Assembly: GCF_001194135.2 (NCBI RefSeq)
Contig: NC_068982.1
Location: forward strand, 101,155,927 to 101,219,926
Length of the DNA stretch: 64,000 bases
From: Octopus bimaculoides
Taxonomy: Eukaryota
Reading direction: 5' to 3'
Positions 1-12,478 of this stretch are shown here, in pieces (the stretch's first letter is position 1; each line of letters starts with the position of its first letter). Under the pieces are notes generated by a model, which saw only the letters and a list, made by a program, of their open reading frames with translations, made no database searches and had not been told where the DNA came from. The translations under genes were made by a program, and so were the position numbers.

Positions 1-1225
1 CTCTCCTGCCAGCTGAGCCACAGCATCCACTTCAATTAGAAGTTCTGCTTTCCGTTGCTGCAAGCAGTAACCAACACTGTATCCCTACGGATCTGAGAAG
101 ACCAACTTTTACATTAGTCCACAACGTGGTCTTGGAGGAAAGTCAACTCTACGTAGTTATCTACATTTTCATTAAATGGACGAATCATATTAGTTTCTTC
201 TTTCTGATTATTTTGCTAATGATACACGTCATGGGAAGAACTTTCTAACGGAAATATTTCTGTACTTGTCTAGAAATAATGCCACTAGTATAGGCAGTAA
301 ACACCTCATTTCAAAACATTTAATCTGAACGTATTTTCAGATTTTATAGTTCGTCTTACAAAAAAGCGTTGAAGAACTTAATTTTGAGCCACTGGCTGAT
401 ATTCTCCATGATCTGGTTGAATCATGGTCACTTAGTGTTCCAGACGCTGCAGATATCAGAACTCGTTTTTGCACGTCTTCTCAATTTCTTTGGTTCTATT
501 CAGCTAAGAATCCCAAACTCTGTGACAGGTTACAGTTCAAAACAAATCCAGAATGATCATTTCCTTACTAAATGACTGGATTGGCACTTCGCGCCATTTA
601 TTTTTATGCTCCATATCTTTCTACATACTTCGTCTCAATTTTTAAGTTGATATTTTCAATTTGTCAAAGATCGTGATTATTAAGGTTTTGTCGTCAGTGA
701 GTGCTAGACTTTTACCTAAATTCTTCAGTTCTTTTGTGACAAATGTCAGGAAGCTGTTGAATATATACTCACACACAGACATGAAAACGCGCGCATGCGC
801 TTGCGCGCACACACAGTTTCATGTCTTATTTTGCTAAACTTTGAGTATAGAGTATAGTCACCATGGAGTATCGGTGTTTCTCTCTCACTCTCTCTCTTTC
901 TCATGCACGATATATATATATATATGTATATCGATCGATCGTCCAGCTTATAGTAACCGTTAATTCAGACACGTTTTATCTCCCTCCATCTATTTTCTCT
1001 CCGCATTCCTTTCTATAGAAGAACGTAAGCNNNNNNNNNNNNNNNNNNNNNNNNNNNNNNNNNNNNNNNNNNNNNNNNNNNNNNNNNNNNNNNNNNNNNN
1101 NNNNNNNNNNNNNNNNNNNNNNNNNNNNNNNNNNNNNNNNNNNNNNNNNNNNNNNNNNNNNNNNNNNNNNNNNNNNNNNNNNNNNNNNNNNNNNNNNNNN
1201 NNNNNNNNNNNNNNNNNNNNNNNNN

Positions 1226-1256
<31 letters not shown>

Positions 1257-1791
1257 GTATATCGATCGATCGTCCAGCTTATAGTAACCGTTAATTCAGA
1301 CACGTTTTATCTCCCTCCATCTATTTTCTCTCCGCATTCCTTTCTATAGAAGAACGTAAGCGTCAAAACATTAGTCTTCTTCCATTTTCTACTCCACCAT
1401 GTTTGTTGACTTTTAACCTGCTTTTTTTTTGGGATATATTTGGGCTATTTATATACATAAACCATAGGTGTATATGTATGTATGAAGTGTTGCAACTGCT
1501 AACGTAAGAATACCCACTTGTATGGTGTGGAGTATTTCGTCTAAAACTACTGCTTCATGACCTCAGCTTTCATGTAAATAGCAAATAAATACCTTATGTA
1601 TAGCGATTATCAGAGAAATCTACGAAGCAAGATTATCCTTGAAGTACATGAAGTACGGTGCACAATGGTTTTATGCTCACATACCTGTCTGATGATTGCT
1701 GTCCGTAAAATATACTACAGAAAAGGAGAGTTTAAGTAACAGACAAGTAGTTTAACTAGAACTACTATACTACAATGTGTGTGTGTGTGTC

Positions 1792-1828
<37 letters not shown>

Positions 1829-2800
1829 TCTCCCGCTTCTCTCTTTCTCCCCCCTCTCTCCCTCTNNNNNNNNNNNNNNNNNNNNNNNNNNNNNNNNNNN
1901 NNNNNNNNNNNNNNNNNNNNNNNNNNNNNNNNNNNNNNNNNNNNNNNNNNNNNNNNNNNNNNNNNNNNNNNNNNNNNNNNNNNNNNNNNNNNNNNNNNNN
2001 NNNNNNNNNNNNNNNNNNNNNNNNNNNNNNNNNNNNNCCTCTCCCCTCCCCATCTTCCCCTCACTCTCTCCCTCTCTCTTTCTCTTTCTCTCTGTATATG
2101 TATGTATGTGTATAAGAACATGCATATGTATGGTTACGCAAGTTTTGGACTTTGTGGTATAGTCCTATTTAGATGTGTGTATATATGTGTGCGCATGTGT
2201 GCATGTGTTCGAGCGTGGTTGCGTGCGTGTGATATTTAATTGAGTTCGGTTTTCAGTTAATCCGCCCAGATATAAATAGTTACGCACTATGCTCGGTGTA
2301 TATGTATGTATGTGTGTGTATATGTGTGTATATATGTGCATGAATGCACGTGCTTCTGTGCATGCTGTTGTGTGCGTGTGCATGTATTTCTGCGAGAAAT
2401 TCGAGCGATACATTGTTGTCTCCCACCCACCCAACGATATCCGACCTTTTGCGATCTTACAGTCAACACATTATGACATCTCGGACGATTCCAAAGGTTA
2501 ATTAGGGGTGGACTTTCGAGCAGCTCAATCAATTTATATAGTTTTGACTAATTACCACTTTCTAATTAGACTGTCGTCATGCAACACATCTCACTCCCCC
2601 TGTCTCTCTTCTCTCTTTCTCTTGTTTCTTTTTATTTTGTTATGCTTTGAAATATTCCATTATAAAGTAACCAGACGTTATAAGTCCTTCATGGAACACC
2701 AGCAGTTTTGTTTTTGTTTAGCCCTAGGCTAGATCTTATTTTACAACCTTATGATCAAAATCCTTCCAGCTGTGTCTGTCGCATCGTTTAGTTTTAGATA

Positions 2801-3192
2801 TCTTTTATCTTTTACTTGTTTCAGTCATTTGACTGCAGCCATGCTGGGGCACTGCCTTTGAAGGGTGTTAGTCAAACAAATCGACCCTAGGACTTATCTC
2901 TTTTGCCGAACAGCTAAGTTACGGGGACGTAAACACACCAACATCGGTTGTCAGAGTGGCGGTGTGGGGTGGGGGGCAAACACAGACACAAAGACATACA
3001 CACACACATATATATACATATACATATATACGACGGCCTTCTTTCAGTTTCCATCTACCAAATCCACTCACACGGCTTTAGTCGGCCCGAGGCTATAGTA
3101 GAAGACACTTGTCCAAGGTGCCACGCAGTGGGACTGAACCTGGGACCATGTGATTGGGAAGCAAGCTTCGTACCACACAGCCACACCTGTAC
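2801..3192 (-). mobile_element. tRNA-derived SINE family B (CORE-like), full length
   Basis: Minus strand: GGCTGTGTGGTACGAAGCTTG head, GGTTCAGTCCC B box, CACCTTGGACAAGTGTC (similar to the start of the CORE-SINE core), an internal TA/TG microsatellite, and 3' CAGTCAAATGACTGAAACAAGTAAAAG. May be one of the described octopus OK/OR1/OR2 SINEs; assignment not verified. Confidence 0.9.
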
Positions 3193-4084
3193 CCATCTAT
3201 ATAGCCAAGCCTACGGACGGCGTTACATGCAAGGGATTTTTTTTTACTCTTTCTAACAGTCGAGCGACCACATATTCGTGTTTTATCCAACGGTTTAATA
3301 TGCAGTAAATAACCATTGATAATCTGTATGAACACCACCATTGCACACAGCATATATTCTCCGAGTTTGGTTGAATATCCGCGAAATATTTAAGGATATA
3401 GTGAATAGTAAACTTTAAGGATATAGTGAATAACGGTGTAAGAGAATGTCAAAGCTGAAATAACAGAGTGGATAGGGGACTGGAAAATCAAATTTTTAAT
3501 CATGAATTTATATTTCAATCACGATTATTTTGATTTTGTCTTAGGCAAACATAATTAATTCTATATATCTCAGTGATAAAAGAGGGACCAAACCTTTTAT
3601 AGAAAGGAAACACAAATGTTAATATATTGAATGATGTCGTATTCAGAGCAATTTTCTCATCAGACGCTGTTAATAAGGACCGGAACTAACGACCTTTGTT
3701 AATTGATTGGTAATATGATTAAACTTATGGGAGTTTATCACCGTGACTGTCCATAATTCCTGAATGTTTGCTGAGGTTACACTGAGTGGAAGGTTGACTC
3801 AATGCGACGCTGGATAATTGGACATAAATGAATTCGTAGGCTAATGTCCTAGTAATCGATGCTGAATGTCAAATCAAAGCATTATGCTGTTACTAGTTCA
3901 GTTTGACAATTTGAAGATTGGTATCTCATAAGGTGTGGTTTACTTCAACTTTGTATGCTGAAAAGAGATGGTTCTTAGGCTTGCAGTACTGAATTTCTTT
4001 TCACCCGCGGGAAAAGTTCTTGATGAAAGTTTTACATACTTACCAATGACGACATTTTCCCGTCATTAGTTAATACCCCAGAAA

Positions 4085-4735
4085 CCAAGAACACAGATGA
4101 AGGGTATCAGTTGATTACAACTTGACTTCTACTTTATTTTATCAACTCCAAAAGGATAGGATTTGAACATAAAACGTAAAACTTTAAGATATTTTGTTCG
4201 ACACCCTAGCGATTCTACCAATCCACCAGCCTTAGGGAAAAGAAATAATTATGTTTTCTAACATATAATCAAGACCCACATATCTTGATGTTAGAGGTAT
4301 AACCGATTAAGGCGGCGAGCTGGCAGAAACATTAGCACGCTGGGCGAAATGCTAAGCGGCATTTCGTCTGTCTTTACGTTCGGAGTTCAAATTCCGTCGA
4401 CTTTGCCTTTCATCCTTTCGGGGTCGATAAATTAACTACCAGTTGCGTTCTGGGGTCGATCTAATCGACTGGCCCCCTTCCCTCAAAATTTCGGGCCTTG
4501 TGCCTAGAGTAGAAAAGAGGTATAGCCGATTATATCGACCCAGTAACTGACCGGTAGAGTTGGCTGTGGACATAAAGGGGAATAACTAAATAACATAAAA
4601 CAAAAAGTGCATTTCGCTTGCTGCTCAACTGATTCCACCATCTCAAGTGATGAAAGATGCCCTTCGGTGGTATTTGAACGCGGAACTTAAAACGGCAATA
4701 AATAAATGTCGGATGCTCTAGTAATTCTGACACCA
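4085..4735 (-). mobile_element. Older degenerate family A SINEs on the minus strand (about 4085-4235, and 4240-4735 split by the young copy)
   Basis: Reverse-complement similarity to the family A head, B box and tail, judged by eye. Confidence 0.6.
4311..4518 (+). mobile_element. tRNA-derived SINE family A, tail type 1, with target-site duplication
   Basis: GGCGGCGAGCTGGCAGAA head, GAGTTCAAATTCC B box, GTCGAT-N3-ATCGAC module; 17-bp TSD AGAGGTATA(A/G)CCGATTA at 4293-4309 and 4516-4532. Confidence 0.92.
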
Positions 4736-6189
4736 AACAGTTCTAATAATAATTTAATAAAAGATAATTTAAAATAGATTTCCTATCAGAATCCGAAACA
4801 TTACCACCATAGATGCAGCTAAAATAACTGAAGGAAGTCGGAATGCTTAATTAGCAGGAACATTTAATGGTAGAAAGGTATTGAGTTACAGGAACTATCG
4901 ATAAAATGGTAATGTATGAGTAAATCTCGGTTTTCTAACTGCTGAGCTATTTCTGTTCAAGTCTTACTACGGTTACTGTGTAGTTCAGATCAAATAGTTG
5001 ATCGACGAATCTGATTCCTTTGACGATTGCTCTAAAACATTCATTAGCTGATACATATCAGTTGGCTGTGTAATTAGATATAAATAAGTAGAGTTTCTTT
5101 CACGGTCTTTCATATCAAAGAAATGTTGAATTGTAGGGGAAGGTATGTATAACACGTTTTTAGATAGATATGCTTTAGTTTTCATCAATATAAGAAAAAT
5201 ATATAACGCCTGTTTTCATAACCATGAAACTTCAGTTTGTGATGGAAATTAGCGTTTAAATCCGGTAAAACTGTTAAGAGATAAACCCCTCCTTTAGTGC
5301 TATATAAGATTGAGAGTTGTATAATCATACTCCACTGATGAGATCAGTACCAGAAACATCTGCTAACTATTGCAAACACCTTAGAAAATCTAGCTCGACA
5401 GAGATAGAATTGAAAAGCTGTAGGTTTTGAACTTGGGCCCTAATGAGTTAGTGGTCCAATACGTATGTGTGTGTGTGTGGGGGGGGGAACGTAGACTTTG
5501 TACTGTGACATTCGCTTCGGTGTATATGTGTATTAATCAGTTACTATATCGTCTGTAATATGAAGACCTTTGTTTATCACATTTGTTATGACAAACGATA
5601 GAGTTTGAACGTGGTCACTAGGCTGCAGGAAATAACAGTGAAATGTCTCTTTTAGTATACTCTGCCATTTTAAGAAGGAAGACAAGGGGACATTAGAAAA
5701 ATGTAGTCCTAGACATAGTATCTGAAAAATGTAATGGTCATAATAGGAACACTTTGATCGTAGGTTTGTCTGATGGGAAGTGACCTTGGGGTAAATAACA
5801 GTCGTATATAAATATACTTGAGAGTGAAGAGAGAAAACCGTGTGTAGACTGTCACAGAAAGACTCCATCTGATTAATCTCTGTAATATATGAGTAAGCAG
5901 TGCGTTTATTAGCTCACTGTGAAGGTAAGATGTATTCGTAACAATTGATCTCACATCTCGTCTAACCCTTGGATCAACTAACAAGTATCAGCTAGATCAG
6001 AGTCTTTACAAGGAGCAACGTAATAAGAAAAACTATCATAGTTTGTTAAAAGATCATTGTGAATTTTAACGTATTTGCAATTTAAAGCGTTGTTGATTAG
6101 CTGAAACGCTAGTAACCAAAAACTGCATGCCAGTTTTTGATCATAACTCGTTCTACATTCCGATTTCAAATCTCGCCGTTACTACCTGA

Positions 6190-6650
6190 TTTCAGATATT
6201 TGCCTTTGGTATTTCTGCAGATCGAGAATATCTTGTATCACGTACATTACCGTTCGATTTTGAATTGAATATTACTGCTATCTTTGAACTTCTCTGAGTA
6301 TCTTGATTTGTTTGATCAAATTCAGAATCGAATTGTTAACGTGATGAGCCATCTTCTATCTACGACGTTGGAGAGTTTGTTCATCGTTAAATGTATCTTT
6401 GTTGTGTCCTACAGTCATTGTTCTCATGAACTTTCCGGTCTAATATCCTCTGTCAAGACTGTTAAGCGTATCACTAACTCCTCTTTCCAGGTGCATAGTT
6501 TCTCTATTAGTCATAAGTCTTTTTACTCTAATAACTTCTTTCCTTGAACTGCTACACTTTCGAACTCACAATCATTGTCGTGTTTTTCTCTACTTCGTGA
6601 TATTCAGTCCTTTAAGCTTTCTATCATTCGACATTTTCTGAATTTGTAAG
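6190..6650 (+). mobile_element. Decayed CR1/Jockey-group LINE ORF2 3' end
   Basis: Translation LDLFDQIQNRIV..LSTTLESL..HCSHELSGL..KRITNSS..HSF..YSNNFFP*TATL matches the post-RT C-terminus of CR1-group LINEs. Confidence 0.75.
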
Positions 6651-7405
6651 CTCCCTCTTTTCTTTATTTCTATCCCTTACACTTCATTGGCCTCCAGCCT
6701 TCTTTGGGCAAATCATTTACAAAAAATACTAGTCAAGCTCGAGGTCGATTTTGACGGACTGTTTCTAGAAACCGATGTTCACAGTTTCATACCACGAAGA
6801 GAAAAATACAATATGACTGAATTGTTTTTTAATATCATTGTAAATTGTAAAAGAGACATCTTTATCGTTGCCAGTCAAGTTGATTGTAGTGTTTTGTGTT
6901 TAATATAATTTGTATTATATTATATAAATATATGGTGAATATCTAGAATGGAAGGTAATTTAAAAGTATAAGAATATATATACACATGTATGTATATGTA
7001 TATGTGTCTATAATAGATATGAACTCAGAAGTGTATACATATGTGTATTGACTATAGATACATGAATATGTATATGAGATAAAACCACTAATGCATAATA
7101 TATATACATAAATACGATTATGTAATTATAGCAGTTAAATACTATATACATTTAATTGCAAATAAAAACAGAAAGGCTACAACGTATACAACCATACGAA
7201 GTCAATAAATGTCAAAATTTGTAGAAACATACACATATATTATATATAAATACGCACACGCAGACACACACATACGCACGCATGAGCAGATATGTGTATG
7301 CGTTTGTGCCGAAACACACACAGCTATACATATGATTATATCATCTCTTGCTTTTCATACTAAATACATGTACGCCTCTGTGTGTGTGTGTGTGTGTGTG
7401 TATGC

Positions 7406-7455
<50 letters not shown>

Positions 7456-7857
7456 AGAACGAGGATAGTATAAATGAATATATACGTATATACGTTTAGA
7501 ACAATCAAAACACTGATTTGTTCTTAATCTATTAAATCTGCAAGAGTGGAACATTCAGTTACCATTACTGTCCATTTCATAAATATTATTAATAGACATC
7601 ATTATGGAAATGCTCTTAGTATTTATGATGTGTATGTATTATGTACAGATGTACTTATGTACGTAGTATATACATACGTGTGTGTATATGTGTAGTGGTC
7701 ATACTGTTTATATTAGAGAATTAAAGGAACATATACAAACCAATTCAAACGGTAATGGCCGTTGTAGCTATGCGGCTAGTTTTAGCAGTTTCTCCTACCA
7801 CGGAAATAGACGTGGCAGAGAGATGATAATCATAAGAACAATATAAAGAAGGAATAC

Positions 7858-7910
<53 letters not shown>

Positions 7911-7936
7911 GCCGTTACCATTACTACCACCACCAC

Positions 7937-7981
<45 letters not shown>

Positions 7982-8007
7982 TAATAATAATAATGATAAT
8001 AATAATA
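7858..8007. repeat. Compound (TAC)n-(CAC)n-(AAT)n microsatellite
   Basis: Read directly. Confidence 0.98.
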
Positions 8008-9450
8008 TTTTATTGGTCGTAAGGGTACAACACGCTGGTGGCAATACAAAGGCGAAATACAAGAGGAAAGCAGGAAGTAAAATCAGTGGGGTTTTTTTTT
8101 ACATTAGATAAAAAGGGTGAGATCAAGAAAAACAATGGCTACATTAATAAAACTGTTATGATAATAAATAGCAATAACAATGTACGATAAGAAAATAACC
8201 CAAATGTAACCTCTAAACAGGAGTTACCCACATAATGTGATTTCGTACATCCCGCCACATAACTTCCGATTATCCTGAATTGCCAAAAATCTCTTCTCAT
8301 TTCTTGCTGGCTACATACCCACAGCCACGCAATTAATTAGTGTTGGATAGTCATGGGCAGTCTTCGGCCCGTGAGACTTTCTGAATGGCACACCTATAGA
8401 AAATTATCATGAATTTTTTTAGAAGTGCGGCACACCAGATGATGAGCTGTCTCATGCAGCCCGTTTCTCGAAAAGTCACTCAGGCCTGGTATACAACCAT
8501 CTTAGCTACGTTAATTTCACCACTCACGCCCACTTTTCATAAAATTTGCTGAAAGACAGCATCTTCCAGTCCATCCTGGACTCAATTTTCAATTGATACT
8601 TGAAGAAATCGATGAAACTTCGCCTGAGAGGGAAAACTTTGTCCTCAGACATTTCAACTGTACCTACCACTGAACTTCTCGTCAAAGCCATCAAACAGAG
8701 GAAAATATTCCCTTTCCCCTACCAAAGACAGGCATTAGCTTGACCTTCACGATAAACTACATTGATAGCAGACCCGTTTCACCCGTTCGTGCATGATAAT
8801 AGTGGTTCGACATAAAGCACAACGATGTACAGACACCGAACAAGTGGGTTCGTAGTGGACCTTCTTGGACAAGATCGGTTGCTAGCGGTTCCAACGCATA
8901 TATGTAGAGTTTACTCCAAACAAGTAGCACTGTTCAGTAGCGTTGCCAGGCCAAGGACTTTTGGACATAATCCTTGACCTGAAGTATTACTCGATCTCCC
9001 CTCGTTGAATTCCAAGATCATCGTCGTTTACACCCTCTGCTAATCTTTATTGTATGCAAGGCTTGATGTTCTAACGACCACATTTTTCAGCCGGTGGAGT
9101 ACCGTGAGTGCTTCACAATATTTTACATGTCAAACGCCTAAACTTAGCTGTCTCTTGACACAAGACTGTAGTTCGGTCAAAGAGACAAGTTGCAGAATGA
9201 CATCGCACAATCGACAACCACACCTGTTCCCCGTCAGCAAATGTGTTAATGTATTAGCCTAAGTATATTCTTGAGCATTATCGATGACATCGTTTCGAGA
9301 CTCCCTGGAATAGTCTTTGTAGCAAATGGAACTTCAGTAGCTGATAAATCTAGCAAAAGAGTATGTTTAGTGTGGCTTGATATCTTCTAAGACAAGGCAC
9401 GGTAGTTGGATAGTAATACATCACAGAAGCGATGTAGACGACGCCTGACT
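8008..9450 (-). mobile_element. Decayed 5'-truncated L1/Tx1-like LINE (ORF2 3' part and 3' UTR)
   Basis: Minus-strand pieces with stops and frameshifts: VYIASVMYY..TTVPC (~9390-9440), QKSLAWQRY*..SKLY (~8905-8965), a degraded SCPR..LVRC knuckle, DFFKYQLK..FYEKW (~8535-8610). AATAAA at 8014-8009 is followed by an (ATT)n tail. Confidence 0.8.
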
Positions 9451-10367
9451 TTAATCATGATAATAACGACTAGGTTGATGATGGGAATAATAAGATATTG
9501 TTTTGTCTTGAGTAAATTCATAAATGGAAACCGTAATAACCTTAACGGATTCAGACACAACTCATCGATCTCTCTCTCTTATGTCCACGGTAAATTTAGT
9601 TTTAGAACAAAAGGATAAAAATAAAATGAAAAATAACAAAAGCGGTAACAGTAATAACAAGAACAGCAGAAGCGACATCATAAGAATTGATACGAACTAT
9701 CAAGAATCAGGAATGAAAATGAAAAAGAAAAATAGGAAAAAGTAAGGAAAAAATAAAAAGGAAAAAATTACGAAAGTAGAAATGAACTTATTCCACAGAC
9801 ACTGAATGTACTGGATCAATTGGAGAATGTTTCGGAGGAGACAACTTAAACGTAAAATCTATCTTTTGAAAACCTAACAGATGTTGGAGCTAAATATATT
9901 AGGAATTTAGAATAGTTTTCCAGTCTGATTAACCAATGTATGCGCAGGAGTTGGTTATTGCTTTAAGATCGGCATAATCAGGTAATTTTATCTTCTTGGG
10001 TCAATAAATAGGGATTCGTTATCGCTTAATAGTTCCAAATATCGACCAGTAAAAAGACAATTGAGTGAAACAGAAAAGAGAGAGAGAGAAAAAAAAAGAC
10101 AAAACAAAACAACATACACTTTTATAGGCTTCACACACATACATAGATACAAGTACATTAACATGTGTGTGTGTGTGCGCGCAAATATACATATGTGGGG
10201 TGATTTATTGATTTCCCACGATGGCACAAGATTCGTATATGGCATTGTTCATAGATGTAAACATTAATTATCACACCTCTTCGGTCTGTTGGTATGTTCG
10301 TCGAAATTCGGTAACTTTTAACTGTTTCCATTCTTACTCGGCATTCCAAGTCAAAAAAGTTATATAT

Positions 10368-10676
10368 GGCGTGACTATATGGTAAGAAGCTTGATTCCCA
10401 ACTACATAGTTCTGGGTTTAGTTCCACTACGTGGAACCTTGGGCAAGTGTCTACTAGAGCCTCGGGCCGACCAAAGCCTTGTGAGTGGAAAGAAGCCTGT
10501 CGTACATGTGTGTGTGTGTGCATGCATGAGTTTCTGTGCTTTTACCGCATCACTGCTTAGCAGTTCGGCAAAAGGGACAGATAAAATAAGTACTAGTTGA
10601 GTACTGGAGTTAATGCAATCGACTTACTCCTCCCTTGAAATTGCTGACCTTGTGCCAAAATTTGGAATCATCATGA

Positions 10677-10680
<4 letters not shown>
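10368..10680 (+). mobile_element. SINE family B head and body with a family A-type tail (chimera)
   Basis: B sequence up to GCAAAAGGGACAGATAAAATAAGTAC, then the A tail ATCGACTTACTCCTCCCTTGAAATTGCTGACCTTGTGCCAAAATTTGGAATC and (ATT)n. Confidence 0.82.
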
Positions 10681-10716
<36 letters not shown>

Positions 10717-10726
10717 NNNNNNNNNN

Positions 10727-10761
<35 letters not shown>

Positions 10762-11572
10762 GTTTTTGTTGTTATTTTGTTATATCCGGAAAAGTTAAGT
10801 AATTGTTAAAAAAATTTCTTTGCACGTCGAAAGTTTTCGAACGAAGCCGGGTTTCGCGGGTTTTATATTTCACGTACAACTGTTAAGATATCAAATATTG
10901 TTGCATGTATAAAATTAGTTATTTCTTAAGTATCTTACGCATTTCTTCTGAAATGGATACAAATTAAAACTACATGCTCATAACATCGATACAGGAAGAT
11001 GTTTGCGTGAGTCACTCTCAAGTGGCGAATGAAAACTCTCTCTGTCTCCTACATACGCTTTCGCAAGCAAAAGACAAACTATATAAACGAATTAATTTGG
11101 CGACAAGTTGTCTGATATATTGCATAAATCACAGCAAGCAGTTGAAACATTCAACATTGCATCACGTTGAATTTATAAATTTATGCGTTTAAACAGAATC
11201 CGTAACAGAGAATAAATCCTCAATGAATACAAGAAGAAACTTCAGTGCCAATCTAAAATAGGTTTGGGTATTATGGAATTAGCATTATTTAAACATAACA
11301 CAGCATTTAAATGGAAGAGAACGCAGACATATCACGCTCTTTTCTATGTCATTGTGATCGTCTTAATATATTAACTTTGTTTACGTATAGTTTAATGTAA
11401 TTTTCGTTTGTCTGTTCCTGTCTTTAACATGTTCTTTGTTTATGACCTCTTTAAATTGTTTAGTCAGGAACTCTCCTACGAGAAAAAGAAACTATCAGTC
11501 GCTTCCAAAAAGGAGGAGAATTGTCTCCTCGATTATTTACAGACAGATTAAAAACTTCCTTATCTTACTTAC

Positions 11573-11636
11573 TCAGCAGAATTTCTCGATAATTACTAAC
11601 GTCAAGATAAAAGGCGTCGGACTTGGTTATGTGCAT
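11573..11636 (-). CDS. Candidate first coding exon, MHITKSDAFYLDVSNYREILL, of an unidentified long-intron gene
   Basis: ATG at 11636 with a purine at -3, 21 open codons, donor A|GTAAGT at 11572 (alternative GTAAGA at 11568), possible acceptor TTACTTAG at 11680. No matching downstream exon found in the window. Confidence 0.35.
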
Positions 11637-12279
11637 TGCGTGGTTTCAGCTGTCATCACCATTGCATATGATGGACAATCTAAGTAACACACAATATAGC
11701 GTATAAATTATTTCCCATAGCGTTTATTGATAATTGCTTTAATTTTTTAAGACTATATTGAATTCCTGAAAATTAGAAATATTAGATATTAGTGATTTCA
11801 ACGATAATTAACAGTGCTGAAATCCATATCCTAAATATCATGAATGTACATGATCAAGAGTGTCAAGATAAATTGATATTTTAATGACTCTGGGTCTTCC
11901 TTATGGTATTTCGATCACTAAATGACATAGCCATTGTAAGATATTACAATTTTTGATATTTGTATTGCTTCTCTTACTTTTCCCCTTTCGTGAATCGAAG
12001 CACTGACGCACCACAAAAAGCGACAAACATTTAAACACTTAAATAACATACGTATGCAATCCAATTAAGAAGACAAAAAGAAATCGTTTAGCACATCTTT
12101 AATGACCAGTTGTGTAATTGTTCCTGTCCTACTCTGTTTTTAACGCCATTGCAGGCAAAAATTTAACGTAAAATGTTACGTAGTATTTGCGGTTTTATAC
12201 ATGAGAGTGGCACTTCATCAGACTTGCATGAAAAGTGCCTCATAGTATTTGGGGCACTTTATTATACATACATACAAAG

Positions 12280-12478
12280 AGAGCAAGCAGAATCATTACT
12301 GCACTGAACAAAATGCTTTAACGGCTTTGTTTTGAGATCAAATTCGCCGAGGTCCACTTTGCCGTTTACCGTTTCAGGCTCGATAAATTAAGTACCTGTT
12401 GAGCCCTGGGGTCGATCTAATCGACTAGCCCCTTTCCCAAAAGTTTCAAGTATTGCGCTCATAGTAGAAAGGATGATA
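12280..12478 (+). mobile_element. SINE family A, diverged
   Basis: AAATTCGCCGAGGTCCACTTTGCC...GATAAATTAAGTACC...CTGGGGTCGATCTAATCGACT...AGTAGAAAGGAT. Confidence 0.85.

Noticed and set aside
876-892. Minus-strand VREKHR peptide as a possible next exon for the 11573 candidate
   Set aside because: It lies in a (GA)-type tract with no splice acceptor, so it is coincidental.
911-1361. About 120-bp exact direct repeat on both sides of gap 1031-1225
   Set aside because: Typical unmerged contig overlap at a heterozygous (TA)n tract; probably an assembly artefact.
3389-3432. 19-bp local tandem duplication (similar ones at 63181-63225 and 26150-26195)
   Set aside because: Ordinary replication-slippage duplications.
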